A DNA stretch of 63,098 bases, filler included, from Asterionella formosa (taxonomy: Eukaryota), in the NCBI GenBank assembly GCA_002256025.1. It is 21 parts of 21 records of this genome, joined end to end, with 100 filler letters (N's around TTAATTAATTAA, not from the genome) between each part and the next. Parts side by side here need not be neighbours in the genome. Positions count along the whole stretch, not along the records: positions 34,843 to 54,074 come from NKIB01003777.1; 20 more parts are not named here. One strand, 5' to 3'. The position numbers and the translations under genes were made by a program. Below, piece after piece: positions 37,429 through 50,200 of this stretch. Each line of letters opens with the position of its first letter. Within the stretch, counting starts at the first letter, position 1. The notes below the pieces were generated by a model. That model searched no databases and was not told the origin of the DNA. It was given only the letters and a program-made list of their open reading frames with translations.

Positions 37429-37783
37429 AGATTACATCTATATTGATAACTGTAGCAATAACAAATTGGTCATAAAGGCAAGGGCCAAGGAGATGAGGAC
37501 TATCAACTTCATTGAATTCAACCACTCCATAGCTAACCTGAATTTTTCGCAATATTTCGCACTTTTTCTGTACACCACCAGTCAATGCACTCCAAAAAAA
37601 TTTGCTTATGTCTGATTTGACCAATAAAACTCTTAGCAGTTTAGTAGATGGATGCAATTTGGTAGAAAATAATAGCTTTGAGTTTTGGTGCACCCAGCTG
37701 ATGTACTAACTATCATCACAGCATACTAGCACATCCTATGGTAGTAAATCAAAAATGAGAAGTGCCACAATCGCCATCTACAA

Positions 37784-39140
37784 ATCCTGATGCCTCCTCT
37801 GATCAATATATGTTCATTATGAGTATATCGACATTCGCCTTGACGGCATTGATATTTTGTACATCGAATACTTTGCTGGATAGAAATCGGCCTTAAATTG
37901 GAATTTTCGTTTCTACAGCATTGATCATATCAGTCCACCATCACCGAAAAATTGCAAAATTTACACATCCTGATACCTCCTTTTATGTTTGTTCTCAGAA
38001 AATCAACATTCGCCATACGGCATTGATCTCGTGTACATCGAATACTATGATTGATTTAAATTGGCCTTGAATTGGTGGAGAAAGATGGTTTGGAATCTTT
38101 GTTGCCACAGCACTGATGATCAGTTTACAAGCATTTGAAAATTTTCACATCCGAATGCCTCCTTTGATCAGTATATGTTCGCTCTCAGAATATCGACATT
38201 GGCCATGACGACATTGATCTTGTGGACATCGAATTCTATGCTGGATAGAAATCAGTCTTTAAATGGTGGAGCAAGATGGTTTGGAATTTTTGTTGGAACA
38301 GCACTGGTCATGCAGCAGTCCACAGCAAGCACCGAAATTCTACACACCATCCTGATGACCAATTTGATCAATATGTGTTCGTTTTGAAAACATCGATATT
38401 CGAAATGACGGCACTGTTCTTGTGTACATCAAATACTATGTTGGATAGAAATCGGCCTTAAAATGGTGGAGAAAGATGGTTTGGAATTTTTGTGGCCACA
38501 GCACTTACAATCAGTCCACAAGCACAGCAAATTTACACATCTTGACGTCTCCTTTGATCAATATATGTCTGTAATGAGAATATTGACATTCATAATGACA
38601 GCATTGATCTTATGTATATCAAATACTATGTTGGATAAAAGTCGACTTTAATTTGGTGGAGAAAGGAGGTATGGAAGTTTTGTTGCCACAGTACTTATGA
38701 TCACCAGTCCACATGCAACGAAAATTTATTTCACATCCTGATGACCAATTTAATCAATATATGTTCGTTCTCAGAATATCGATATTCTCCATGACGGCAT
38801 TGATCTCGTGGACATTGAATACTATGTTGGATAAAAGTCGGCTTTAAATTGGTTGAGAAAGATGGTTTGGAATACAGGTCATGCAGCAGCCCACAAGAAC
38901 TGAAAATTTACACATCCTGATGACCAATTTGATCAATATATGTTTGTTCTGAGACTATCGATATTCGAAATGACGACACTGATCTCTTGTAAATAGAATA
39001 ATCTGCCATGTAAATATCGGCCTTAAATTGGTGGAGAAAGATGGTTTGGAATTTTTGATGCCACAGCTCTGATGATCAGTCCACAAGCATCCGAAAATTT
39101 ACACATCCTCATGCCTCCATTGATCAATATATAGTCGTTT
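37784..39140 (+). repeat. Tandem repeat family B array (about 7 copies, 180-200 bp)
   Basis: Recurrent CATCCTGATG..TTTGATCAATATATGTTC..AATTGGTGGAGAAAGATGGTTTGGAA; same family at 58985-59226. Confidence 0.93.
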
Positions 39141-41006
39141 TGTACCTTCATGTCACTATGTTTCCTGGTATCAGTTTTACTGGAATAGTCCCTAAATATG
39201 CAATCGAAATTTCGCAGGGGACCCGAAATCTAATCCTCGAAGCTACACCAAGTATTGTATCTGGGTTCCATATGATGCTACCTGTAGATGTTTTATTGAT
39301 GCAGTCATCAGCCTTGACAATCTCTTGGGTGTAGAAAATTGAGTTCTTTGTTGTTTCAGGACCAAACTGGCGCCTTGTTCTCTTCTTAACGTCATTCAGC
39401 GCCAATATCTTTTCTTCATCTTCTGAGATATCCTCATCAATCAAGTTAAACACTTCATTGACTATGACAGCATCCTAGAGAGTAGCAAGGATAACCAGTA
39501 GAATATTTCTGGGAGGACGGCAAGCAAGGAGTACCAGGAGACCATCATGGCGGACAAGTGATCGATTGTTGATTGCAATCATTGGGATCATGTGTGAATA
39601 AATATTGACTAGTTGTGACAGGCAGCAGATGCTGGTGTGAACATACATTTTTTGTACTGATTAAAAGGCGATCTTGTGAAATTATGTTATCAATATTATT
39701 CTATCTGACGCTTTGGGTGAGAAATCAATGTTTCTGAACATGATTTATGTTTCTGAAGAAAATCATATGCATCCTAGCTAGTGCCAAACACGGAAATACG
39801 TGCATTGATGCTCGCCAATACCAGAGAAACAGCAAGAAACTATTGTGAAATGAAAGAAAATAAGAAGCAAGTTCAAAGAACAGATCCAGAGTTTGCATTT
39901 GATTCTACAAATCAATCAGACCAACAATCATCAACAGAGCTATGTGATGATACAATGGAAATCTATAAAAACATCAACATTGGCGCCACAGCACAAAAGA
40001 TTACCCAGTCGAACAAAAGGGGAAAACTAAAGGCGGCCATGCAATAGGAAATAGAGTTTGATTCATTCCTGGAAGGAATGAAGCAGGCAAATATGCTGGT
40101 ACTAATCAGCAATGAACTATAATGAAAAGAAAGACAATCAGAAACAAGTTCAATCATCAGATCAAGAGTTCGCATTGATTATAAATCGACTGGGCAAACA
40201 ACAAGAGTCACTATTTATCATCAAAGCAACTACAGGATGATAATGGAAATCTACAAAAACATCGCATTGGCTCAGCAACCACAAGCAACCAGGCCAACGA
40301 AGCGACACCACACAACATGAAATGGAGTTTGATGTGGACCAATCAGCAACAATAAGCACAACCAAAGATATCAAATTTCTTCACTCGTCCCTGAGGAAAT
40401 GAAATAATGAAATCCTGCACACCATTTAGCAACATTTTGATCCCTTCTCTCATCATTGGAGATAGTGTAAAACCACAATTCCCTGCGTGTCAGCTCTGGA
40501 AGTCACCTCGTTTGTTGAGTTGATATCTGTAGTAGGGCGAAGATATTTTGAAGGGCTATACGCGTGCTCCCCTACTAACCTAGAGTACCGGTCGTCTTGT
40601 AAGGCGGTATATATATGTTATGATCACAATAGGATTAAGGCATTTCAACCCTAGTTTAGAGGTAGGGTTAAAAAAATTATATTGAGTCAGAGTACTCAAA
40701 CACACACTTCTTAGCTACGAGTAAAAACATAAATGTATATCGTTTATCGGAGCTTTCACCTATACACACACTTTCCATATGCTTAAATACAGTCATTGCA
40801 AAAAGTAGGGGTATAGGTCAACGCTATATCTCGTCAGGATATAGGATTTGGCGAGAAACTGCAGAAAGGACCTTGGGTTTTTTACTATGCTAAAAAGATT
40901 GGAAATTTCGGGGGAAATCACTTTATTTGGCATAGTAAAAAACCGAAGTTCCTTTCTGCAGTTTCTTGCCGGAAGTTATATACTGATAACTTTTGAACAA
41001 GGTTAC

Positions 41007-42936
41007 CTATGTATCTAAATCGGCTTCAGACCCAGCCAACGTTGAGCTATTGTCGTCCCAAAATTCGACAAAATCGGTCTTTTCTACGGTCTCCAAAATA
41101 TCGGATTCAGAACCAATTAGCGCCGAAATGTCATCATCTGAATCAGAGTCTTGTGATGCAACATTTAGTCGTAAAATTTCCTGTACCAAAAATTCCATTG
41201 TAAGTGCGCGCAGTATTGAAAATCTGATTGTCTATTGCGAATTACTTACCTCCGTTCGATTGGCCCGGTTTGCCAGATCTTGTAAACCCACACTGACCAC
41301 ACTGGATACACATGTAACATTTTTGTGTGTTTTTGCCGGTACTGCTGTATCCGGTAACATCTCCGTACCAGTACTACTGTCAAGATTATTAGCCCGAGTC
41401 ACAAGGATTGTGGACTCGATTGTAATCAAACGAGTCGAATATTGCATTGCCACGTCAATCAGCTGTCTAACGAGATCAAAGATTGAAGATTTCTATGGAA
41501 ATGTTAAGTGGAAACTCGAAGAGAGTCTTAGAATGACTTTGCAGGAAGGAAAGATGCATGGAAAGGAAACATTTAGTTTAGCTTATAATTTAATTTGAGT
41601 TTTAGATTATCAACCGAGGAAACAGTGTGTTAATTGACAGCAAGGTCAATTAGTCTATCTAGCAGGAAGGCTAGAAGCAGAGACAAGAGAGAAAGTAAGT
41701 GGTACCAGGTAGTACTACGATCACGTAAGAGTCTACGTGAAGAGAGACCCAGCCCGCGGGAGGGAGTACGGACCATTTCAACATACTACTACAATGCACT
41801 TTGCCTTCAAAGAAAGCATAGAGTATATTGCTTTCTCGCTGATGATCTTGCGGCCGCAATGCTTGCATTGCGCATTAGACTTTCGGATTGTACCTGTGGC
41901 CTCCGGTTCTTCTGTTAGCGCGACACCAGCTCCGTAAGTCTTACCTGATTTCTTGTCTTGCCTTTCTTGCCGCACAGTTTCAAATCGTGCCGCATGTATT
42001 TTTTCGTTTCGTTTTTCTTCCGTTTGAATTGCGCCTTGTAGACTGCATCGTCATTCCGTCGCTTTTCCTTTTGCTTCCAGAAGGATTCTTGCAGTTGTGA
42101 CATTACCATTCCACATCGTTTGTAGACATCGTTCATGTATTTTGTGAATCCTTGTGTTTGTTGTCCAGCAACCGAAGCCACTCTATATTGTAGGCTACCA
42201 GATCCTGCAAAAACTTTTTTGTTTTTTGGACACACAGTAGTTTTCTTGCGTTGACCAGTACCCAACTGGAATCGGTAAGTTCATTGCAGAACAAATGATG
42301 TCTGCATCGCCAGGTCCCAATCCCGCCTCGTGACAACCCAAAATAAACTGTTGGTTGATTGAAAAGTGTTTTGCTTCAATTTCCTTATTTGTTATCTTAC
42401 CATTGCCTTTGGTGCTATCGCTTCTTGGAGATTCAAGTTTAGCTATCACTTTCTGACATGTCAGCCAGACAGGTGATTTGTATTTCTCTTGCCAACCCCA
42501 AGTTCTCAGAGGACACAACAATCAACGGTTGCAGGATGCATGGGATTTCCGTGGATAGAAACGCTTTTTCCAAAAAGGATTCAGATTTCTGATTTATGCT
42601 AATGTGATAGGCACTATCACTTTGAAGGTAAGTTACAAAGTCTTTTACTGCTTGTTTACGACATTCTTTGACATATGCATTTACACAACTCTTGCAAATC
42701 ACATTGTCATTCAACAATCTGGTGAATGAATTACAGTCGATAAAGTGGTTCCTATTCTGCTGTTCAGATGGTAGTTGTTTCTGTTGTTGTTTAGTCGCTT
42801 TAATTGTGGGGAGAGGGGGCGAGGATGTTGATGACAATGACCACCAATTCTGATTTTCATTGCTGATGACATTTCGACCGCCATGTCCACCAGTTCCAAT
42901 TTCGGAAACAAGATGGCCACCACTAGAGCGTGGCAT
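41007..42936 (-). pseudogene. Fragmented transposase with a Mutator-like (PF20700-type) N-terminal domain; catalytic core missing; split by a solo LTR
   Basis: CKSC...GLAREIQITC...INQQFILGCHEAGLG..DADIICSAMNLP, then a jump to PKNKKVF...YGAG, a CKHCG..H knuckle and an acidic tail; several frameshifts and stops. Confidence 0.75.
41378..41783 (+). mobile_element. Solo Copia-type LTR nested in the transposase gene, flanked by TACTAC direct repeats
   Basis: TGTCAAG...TTCAACA; homologous to 9213-9591; TACTAC at 41372-41377 and 41784-41789. Confidence 0.88.
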
Positions 42937-44115
42937 GTTGATGTTGTTGTCTATATTGTTTGTTGTTACTATTGATGTGTTAAACTATTAAACTATAGAA
43001 CAATGTTAAAAAAAATTATACAGAGACAAAGTCGAAAAATACATGCCACCTCACTTGCTTCTAAAGGATTTTGAACTGACATACGTAGGTGCATTGAAGT
43101 GATAAATATATTGAAATGAATGAAAATAGTTTTAAAAAATCACTTTTAGCTAGATTTAGAGCGTTTAGAAACAGGTTCGAAGCCAGTGTGCTTTCGTTTG
43201 TGTCCTTGTTCTTCAAAAGAGATCAAACCCCCTTCAAACAACAGTCAGGAATTTGCACCCGAACACCTTTTCCCAATGGACCACAGAAAACTCTGATTAA
43301 AAACTTGTATGAAGATTGCGGGCTCTTGATGCCATTATGTCTTGATCCTTCACTCTGCTGAGAATGGATTCACCTTCCAAGAACTTTTCCACCTACTCTT
43401 TGACTTCATCCCATCGGCACTGACATTCAGGGCAACCAAAATTGCAGTATTTGCAGAAGATGCAATCCTCACATCCCTCCACAGCTGACTCTACAGTCAA
43501 CCGGTCTTGACAGGTACTAGGACAACTGTCATGGCTGTATCGTCATTGCCGTTGTCATCGTTGTGATGTGAAATTTCGCTCATGGTGGATTGTTGTACTT
43601 GTTTGTTTCTTACCGGTACTAGTTATCAACAATATTTGCCATGATGCTGCCAGCTTGTCTGCCACATATGTGTTGATCGTATTACCGGTGTAGGTTCTTA
43701 CCACATATACATATAACAATGTAGAATGTTTATATATTTCTTTAGCGAATTCGAAAAGGAATCTATGTACGTATGTGCAAATTTCCACTGATTTGAATAT
43801 TTCAAATAACTCATAAGAATTCTTAGTTCCAGGGAATTTCGGCAACCCTAAGCAATTTTTTTTATTTTTGCCTTAGGGTTGAAATGCAGGAACCTTAAAA
43901 GTACTACGGATAGCCAGGTACCATGGTACCAGATACCAGCATTCAATTTTTCTTCTCCTGGAAGTAATCATCAGTGTATCACGATTTCACATTTTACTTT
44001 TTGTCCATGATGGTTCCGTTTGAAACCAACGCATTTGTTCCTTTATAGCTATCACTGACGATTGAAGATTGTCAAGGATTTGTCCTACTGCTAGCGGTGA
44101 ATTCCTGAATCTGCC

Positions 44116-47088
44116 ATGGTTGCGCATGGAAGGGCATTCTGGTCTTCAGGATCGTTGCAACAAGCGTTCCATTCACTCACGATTCACCGCCAACTGAACG
44201 GAAGCGGAACTGGGAATGATGATAACAACATTTCTGGACATGGCGACTCTGATGTTATCCGGAGCACATTGCGACTGTATGGTTCTGTGTTTTTAGTCGT
44301 TTTCTTAATGTTCTGCTGGCTTCGTCGACGATTTCCTCGACGATTCAATGTGCGGAGCTGGGCCCCTAAAGTAAAGTCGGAACTTGCAAATGACCAACAC
44401 GGCTTCATCAGCTGGATGTGGAAAGTATGGAAAGTCAGTGACGATGAAATCAGAGAAGAGTGTGGACTTGATGCACTCTGCTATCTCAGAGCATTGCAAC
44501 TTGGTTTTCGCCTTTCTTGTGTTGGAATGGTCAACTCTATATGGCTCCTCCCACTTTACAGCACAGCGGAGGAATCTAATAAAGCAAGCCAAATAACGGA
44601 CAAAATTGCCCGTATCACGGTCGGAAATATACCACCTGGATCACCGCGGTTCCTGGGTACCGTGCTAGCGGCTTATATCTTTTTTGGTTTCACCATGCAT
44701 TTCATCCTCATTGAGTTTAGGTGGTTTACAAAACACCGTCATCACTTCCTTTTAAACTTTAACCCAAGAAACTATTCTGTTTATGTGCGTAACATCCCTG
44801 AAGAGTATCGTTCAAGTGGAGAACTGCAGCAGCTTTTTCGTCGGATCTTCTCAACAGAAGCAGGTGAGTTGACAAGATGTGAAAGCTTGCTGCATTTGCT
44901 GTTCATTTTTCTAACTAACTTGCCGCAATCATAAATTTTCTATAGTTTTGCAGGCCCATGTGGCTCTTTTCATTGCAGGCCTAGATAAAAAAGTTGACCA
45001 AAGAAAAGCACTGATTACTAAACTGGAGCACGCCATTGCTCTAAAGAACTTAACGGGGATAAGTCCAACCCATTCGCAACGTTGGCTATCAGGAAGAAGC
45101 GATCGAATTGACTCGATTGAGGCATACACAATTGAGCTAGAGCTACTAAATGCAGACATATCAGATCAAGTGAATACATATGCAAGAGCTCGGCGACCAA
45201 AACTACCTTATTCCCAGACCGCCCTTGCAAGCTCGCGACATCTCTGTCAAAAAGAAGTGGGTAGGGAAAAGCAACGGGTTCCGCTGCTCAATCATCAAAA
45301 TGGAAGCTCTCTGTTGAACCCTGATGAAGTTGAAATTTTGCCGCAGTCTTATACCCGCGAAATGGAGAGTATGGGCACTGAAATCGGGAACGATCCACTT
45401 GCCATACCCGATGAATTACCAACCATTGACACTGTTAATATCGAAACCATGAACCATTCGAAGAGCTATATGGCCGCATTGAAAAAAGTATTTGCTTTTT
45501 TGATATCAGCCGCATCATCGAAAATAAAAGGAGCAGCCCAGTTGTCTTCAGCAGTTGCGACTAATGCTATTCGGTCCACTGAAGGCTTAACTCACTCAGC
45601 AATGAGTATGCTTGGCAAGGACGCGGAGGGTAGAAACCGTGATGCTGGATTTGTTACGTTCACAACACTCAGGAGTACTCACATAGCAATTCAAAATATT
45701 CAACATTCAGAACCTTTTGTATTGGATATCGAGCCAGCCCCGGACCCGTCAGAAATATTCTGGGACAACGTCGGCAGACCTCTCCACCAAGTTCAGGCCG
45801 GAAAGTTGGTCAGCGTCGGAATGACAGTTGGGTTGTGTCTATTCTGGACTATCCCTGGTATGTGTTATTTTGTTTGGTATGTGCTATTTCTCCTTAATTT
45901 ACTCACTCTGTGTCACAGTGTCTCTCATTGTATCCCTCACGCAGGTCGAATCCCTGAAAGATACTATCACTTTCCTATACAAATGGGTGCAGCGTTGGCC
46001 TTGGATCGAAGAACTCTTGGCATTGATCGCCCCTCTAATGCTCTTAATTTTGAACAGTACGATTCTGCCTCTGATTTTAAGAGCGATATGTAAGCTTGAA
46101 TACCCTGTAGCACTGTCGACTTTGGAAGCATCGTCGTTCGTTAAGATGACTTCGTTTGTGGTAAGTTTGAATTGCTCAATATTCGTTCTGCAACCTCCCA
46201 CACACCGAAGCTCACTGAATTTACAACTTGAGATTATTCAAACGTTTTTCGTGTCTGCTATTTCTGGAACGCTCACGGCAGAACTTACAAATATCCTGAA
46301 AGACCCAGAAAGTATTGTGAATTTTCTTGCAATTTCTTTGCCAGGTACGTTTTGTTTTACCCAACAAGTCAATGCGCCTTCAAATTGCTTATACCAACCG
46401 CTTTCTGCACACAGGCAGATCCACGTATTTCTTACAGCTTCTCATAGTCTCAACGTTCGTAGGGTTATCATTAGAGCTCATGCGTGTAGTCCCACTCTTC
46501 CAAGCCGCTATTCGGAGACGCATAGGGTACAACCTGACCGACAAGGAAAGAAACCAAAGCGCATTTGGTATGCGACCGCTTTCTGACCCAGACAAATTTC
46601 AAGTGGCTAGAATTTTTTCAGCAGACATTCTTTACTTCATGGTTTTACTTGTTTACAGTTCACTTTCACCGATTGTGCCTTGGTTCCTTTCATTCTTTCT
46701 CGTATTGATGGGCTCAGGATATCGTCATAGTTTCCTCTATAACTATCCCAAAACACCAGACAGCGGCGGTGAGATCTGGATCAGCTTCATCAAAATCTTC
46801 ATGTCATGTATGCTCATTGCACAAGTTACGATAACTGGTTATTTGGCGCTCAAAAAGTCAGTAGTTGGCGTCCCCCTAATGATTCCGTTGATCGGTATTA
46901 CTGCGCTTTTTAACATTTTTATTCGGCAAAGACATTTCCGGATTAGCGAAAACCTTCCAGCTAGCGATTGCCTGAATAAAGACAGTGAAAATCACGAGAG
47001 GGGTGTGGACTTCAGTGAGTTCAAGGATAAATATCTGCAACCAGCACTGACTGTAACTGTGGTAGAACCAGATTGGGCCCACCGGTAG
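44116..47088 (+). CDS. CSC1/OSCA/TMEM63 (ERD4-like) osmo/mechanosensitive channel (5 exons)
   Basis: CGLDALCYLR, YSVYVRNIP, AGFVTF, PAPDPSEIFWDN and DSGGEIW motifs; frame-consistent introns 44864-44945, 45858-45918, 46161-46232 and 46345-46414. Confidence 0.95.
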
Positions 47089-47288
47089 AGTACGTTTGGC
47101 ATTATAACTTCAAGAACAGTAGTTACAGTCCAACTATGGCCACATACAGTGCTCAATCTACATTGTCAAATCAATAATTTATATTCATGTACCTTTCGGG
47201 AGTGGAAATTGAGCGCTTCTCTTCTTCAGAAACTCATCCGCCAGGAACATTGCAATGATTGTGCCAATCGCAAAACCAACTTATCAAT

Positions 47289-50200
47289 TTAGTGTTGCTG
47301 CATACACTTAGCGATTGCAGCATCTGCGACCTGCCGAAGATTTTCTTTCGGGTACTCTCTTTGTGCCCAGGTAATTGCGCCATTCATGGTATCAATATCA
47401 ATATCCATTCCACAATCTAATAATGCAGTCAAAACAACCTCCATTATTTCTTCCTTATTTAGTCGGACACTGAGTTTCTGCCGGTGAGAATGGTCGTCAT
47501 CATTTCCTGCGGACTCATCCATCGCATGTAGTTTCTGCCCGGAAGCGGTCCGTTCCTTAACATCTCCAAATTGTTCCATGTCAAAAACATTCTCGTTGTA
47601 TTCTCTATTTGTCGATGGTTTCATATTATCAGAACTCATTTCCCCTGCTTGAGAGGGGGTTTTGTAATTGTCGATAGTTCCAAGGTTTGCATTTTCTCTT
47701 TCTTGCATACTCTCACCTTGATTTGCAACCTGAACAATTATAGCGTCATCATCATTTTCACCTTCTTGAATACTCTCATCTTGATTTGCATCCTGAATAA
47801 TCGTAGGGTCATCTGCTTTGTTGTGATTTGTAAGGCCCAATAAAGTCCCTCGAAATCCTCTCTCGGGCTTTCGGACTGATTTGCTCTTACCGTTCAAACT
47901 TACGGAAGCTCCATCAACACAGTCTGAGAAATTTGCGACTTCAAGAAGAGATTCTAAGTGAGCATCATTCAATGCTTGAAGTTTTGACAACGTTATTTTT
48001 AATCGACTTGCTCCATCATGATCTTCTCCAGACGCGCGCATCAAAATGAGCTCTGCCATTGTGGCCATTCGTTCTGGTTCTGAAAGTTTTCGCCCTTCAA
48101 TGGCAATGTTGACCGCTTCCGACAGGGACTTGGCATTCCAGTCGTAAGGGATAACTAAACTGAGTGGTTTCGTCCCTGTTAAAGTATTCTCGAATTGCCC
48201 TTCGCAATGACTCTCATGTAAAGCCTCTTCCAGTATTGCTTCTTTCAGTGTCGGAAGGACAAGGACTAGCTGATGGTCCACTCGAAAGCAGGGAAATTTC
48301 TCGTACATCATCAATCTTAGAGCAGCGAAATTGTGTGTTGGGCGAACTGATATCGCGTCTTCTGTCTCGACCGCTCCTAGCGAATACCTCTGCTTTCTTT
48401 TTCGGCCAGACCTTCGAGGAAAAAAACACAAAGAAGAATCATCATTCTTGCTGCCATTGTTGGGTTCACCGATTGCGGAAATAGCTACATCAAAATCAGT
48501 CGCTGCCTTGACCGTGAACACTCTTAATAAAATCTCGCTGTTTTCGTTCATTTTGGCGGGCAAAACGTCCAAAACCTCGATTTCTTCACGTTCGGAAACG
48601 GACAACCTCGGTTCTATCATCTTGCCATTCGCTTTCGCGGGGTTCTCAACACTCTCACAATTTGCCCCACATTTCGCAGGACACAGTTTCATCGATGAAC
48701 ATTTTCCGCCAGTTCCACACTTAACCAAAACAGCTTCATCGGCTTGGACGCCGCCTGTAAGGGTAAACGAAATACTTGGGTGAAAGCATTCATTCAGGTG
48801 CAGGAACAGTCGCTCTAGACTATCAACGTCTACTTTCGAATTCGTTTGATCAGCATTACAGAATATGGCCGTGTAAATGCTGTAAACGGACTTGACCACC
48901 CCAAAATACTCTTCCTGAGATAATGCTTCAATACGCGAACTGAGCCGATAAACACCGGTCTCTCCTTCACTTGAATTTTCGAACAAGGCATCAAAAAAAC
49001 ATTTCTTGTGTTCCGAACAAATAAGACGAACAGGTTGCCACTGTTGAGGAAAGCATGTTAAAACATCGTTCGGTCCGTCACGCTCATAATCACCAGCCGA
49101 TGGGAAAAGCAGTTTCTGAAGACGGTCCTTCAGCAATTTAACATCTACATTTCCATGAAATGTTGCCAAGGAAAGGGAATCACGCCATCGCTTCATATCA
49201 TCTTTATGCACCAGGATGAAGCCATTTCCAAGGATTTCCCCCTCAGAATTCTTGATGCCGGACAAAAACTCAGCATCATTCCTCTTCCTGCCTTCAAGGA
49301 GAGATTGTGGCAGCCCTGTGGTAAGCTTTGAAGCCCATTCATACAGTTTGTCTTTTTCGAGGCTGGATGTTGAACAGTTTTCGCAAGGTACTATTTCATG
49401 CATTTTCCCCCTGTGTTTTTTCAATTCAAAAGCGTCGGTAAATACCTCCCTGAGTGCACTCCACGTCCTTGCCGATACAAATCTCACCGCACGTTTGTTG
49501 ACGGTATTGCAACATCGGCCATGTTTACCTATTCGAAGAAAAGCACCATTGAGTGACATAAAACAAAAACGGAAGAGACCGGAGGGCAAGTTGAAGGCTT
49601 ACATAATATCGAAGAATTCACCGTGTTATCTATACCCTTATCACCATCGGAATAAGTGCGTTTTGTGCTGACCCTCGCTGGAAGAAAATCTGATAGATTC
49701 AGTGAATCTATACCGCCCAGTTCCGCTCCCGGATACTCGAGTAGGCAAAGAACTTCGTTCACTCGATTCCTGAATCGAGTAATGAACTTTCTTGAAATGG
49801 CGTACACGTACTCATGACCGAAATCGCAATCAACATCGTTTTCCCCTTTTGGTTCGAGTTCATCATTTAATTCCTTGAGTTTTTTCAACAAGTCCAATTT
49901 CTCTTTTAGTTCGGCTTTGTAGATCAAACAACACGTTGTGCAGATCACATCCTCTGCAAATAGGACAGTGTCCTGGCCAATCGAAGGTTCCCTTTTGCCA
50001 TCAGTAAAGCTCCTTGAGTATGCCATTTCTCCCCGCAAAAGTGTAACATACCCATTGAATGTTGCAAGCGGTAGCAACTTCCCTGTACGAGCTAATCGTG
50101 GATGGATCCCTACATTATGTTCGCACATTTGAATTGAGACTTTATTCGAAAGTCCTTCCTCGCCGCATTGCAGACCAAGAAACATGCGAAACGCGTTTCC

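Larger units (their letters stand above)
40639..43894 (-). mobile_element. Kolobok-like DNA transposon (TTAA TSD, GG...CC termini), internally deleted
   Basis: TTAA at 40635-40638 and 43895-43898; TIR GGTTCCTGCATTTCAACCCTA at one end and the same TIR lacking 6 nt at the other; contains a decayed transposase. Confidence 0.8.

Noticed and set aside
38175..38651. Short ORFs in satellite B (and A) as repeat proteins
   Set aside because: Unit lengths vary by non-multiples of three, and stops differ between copies.
37784..39140. CTGATGA...GAAA in satellite B as hammerhead ribozymes or retrozymes
   Set aside because: I could not form stem II or stem III around the core, and the motif is not kept in all units. 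An Infernal search would settle it.
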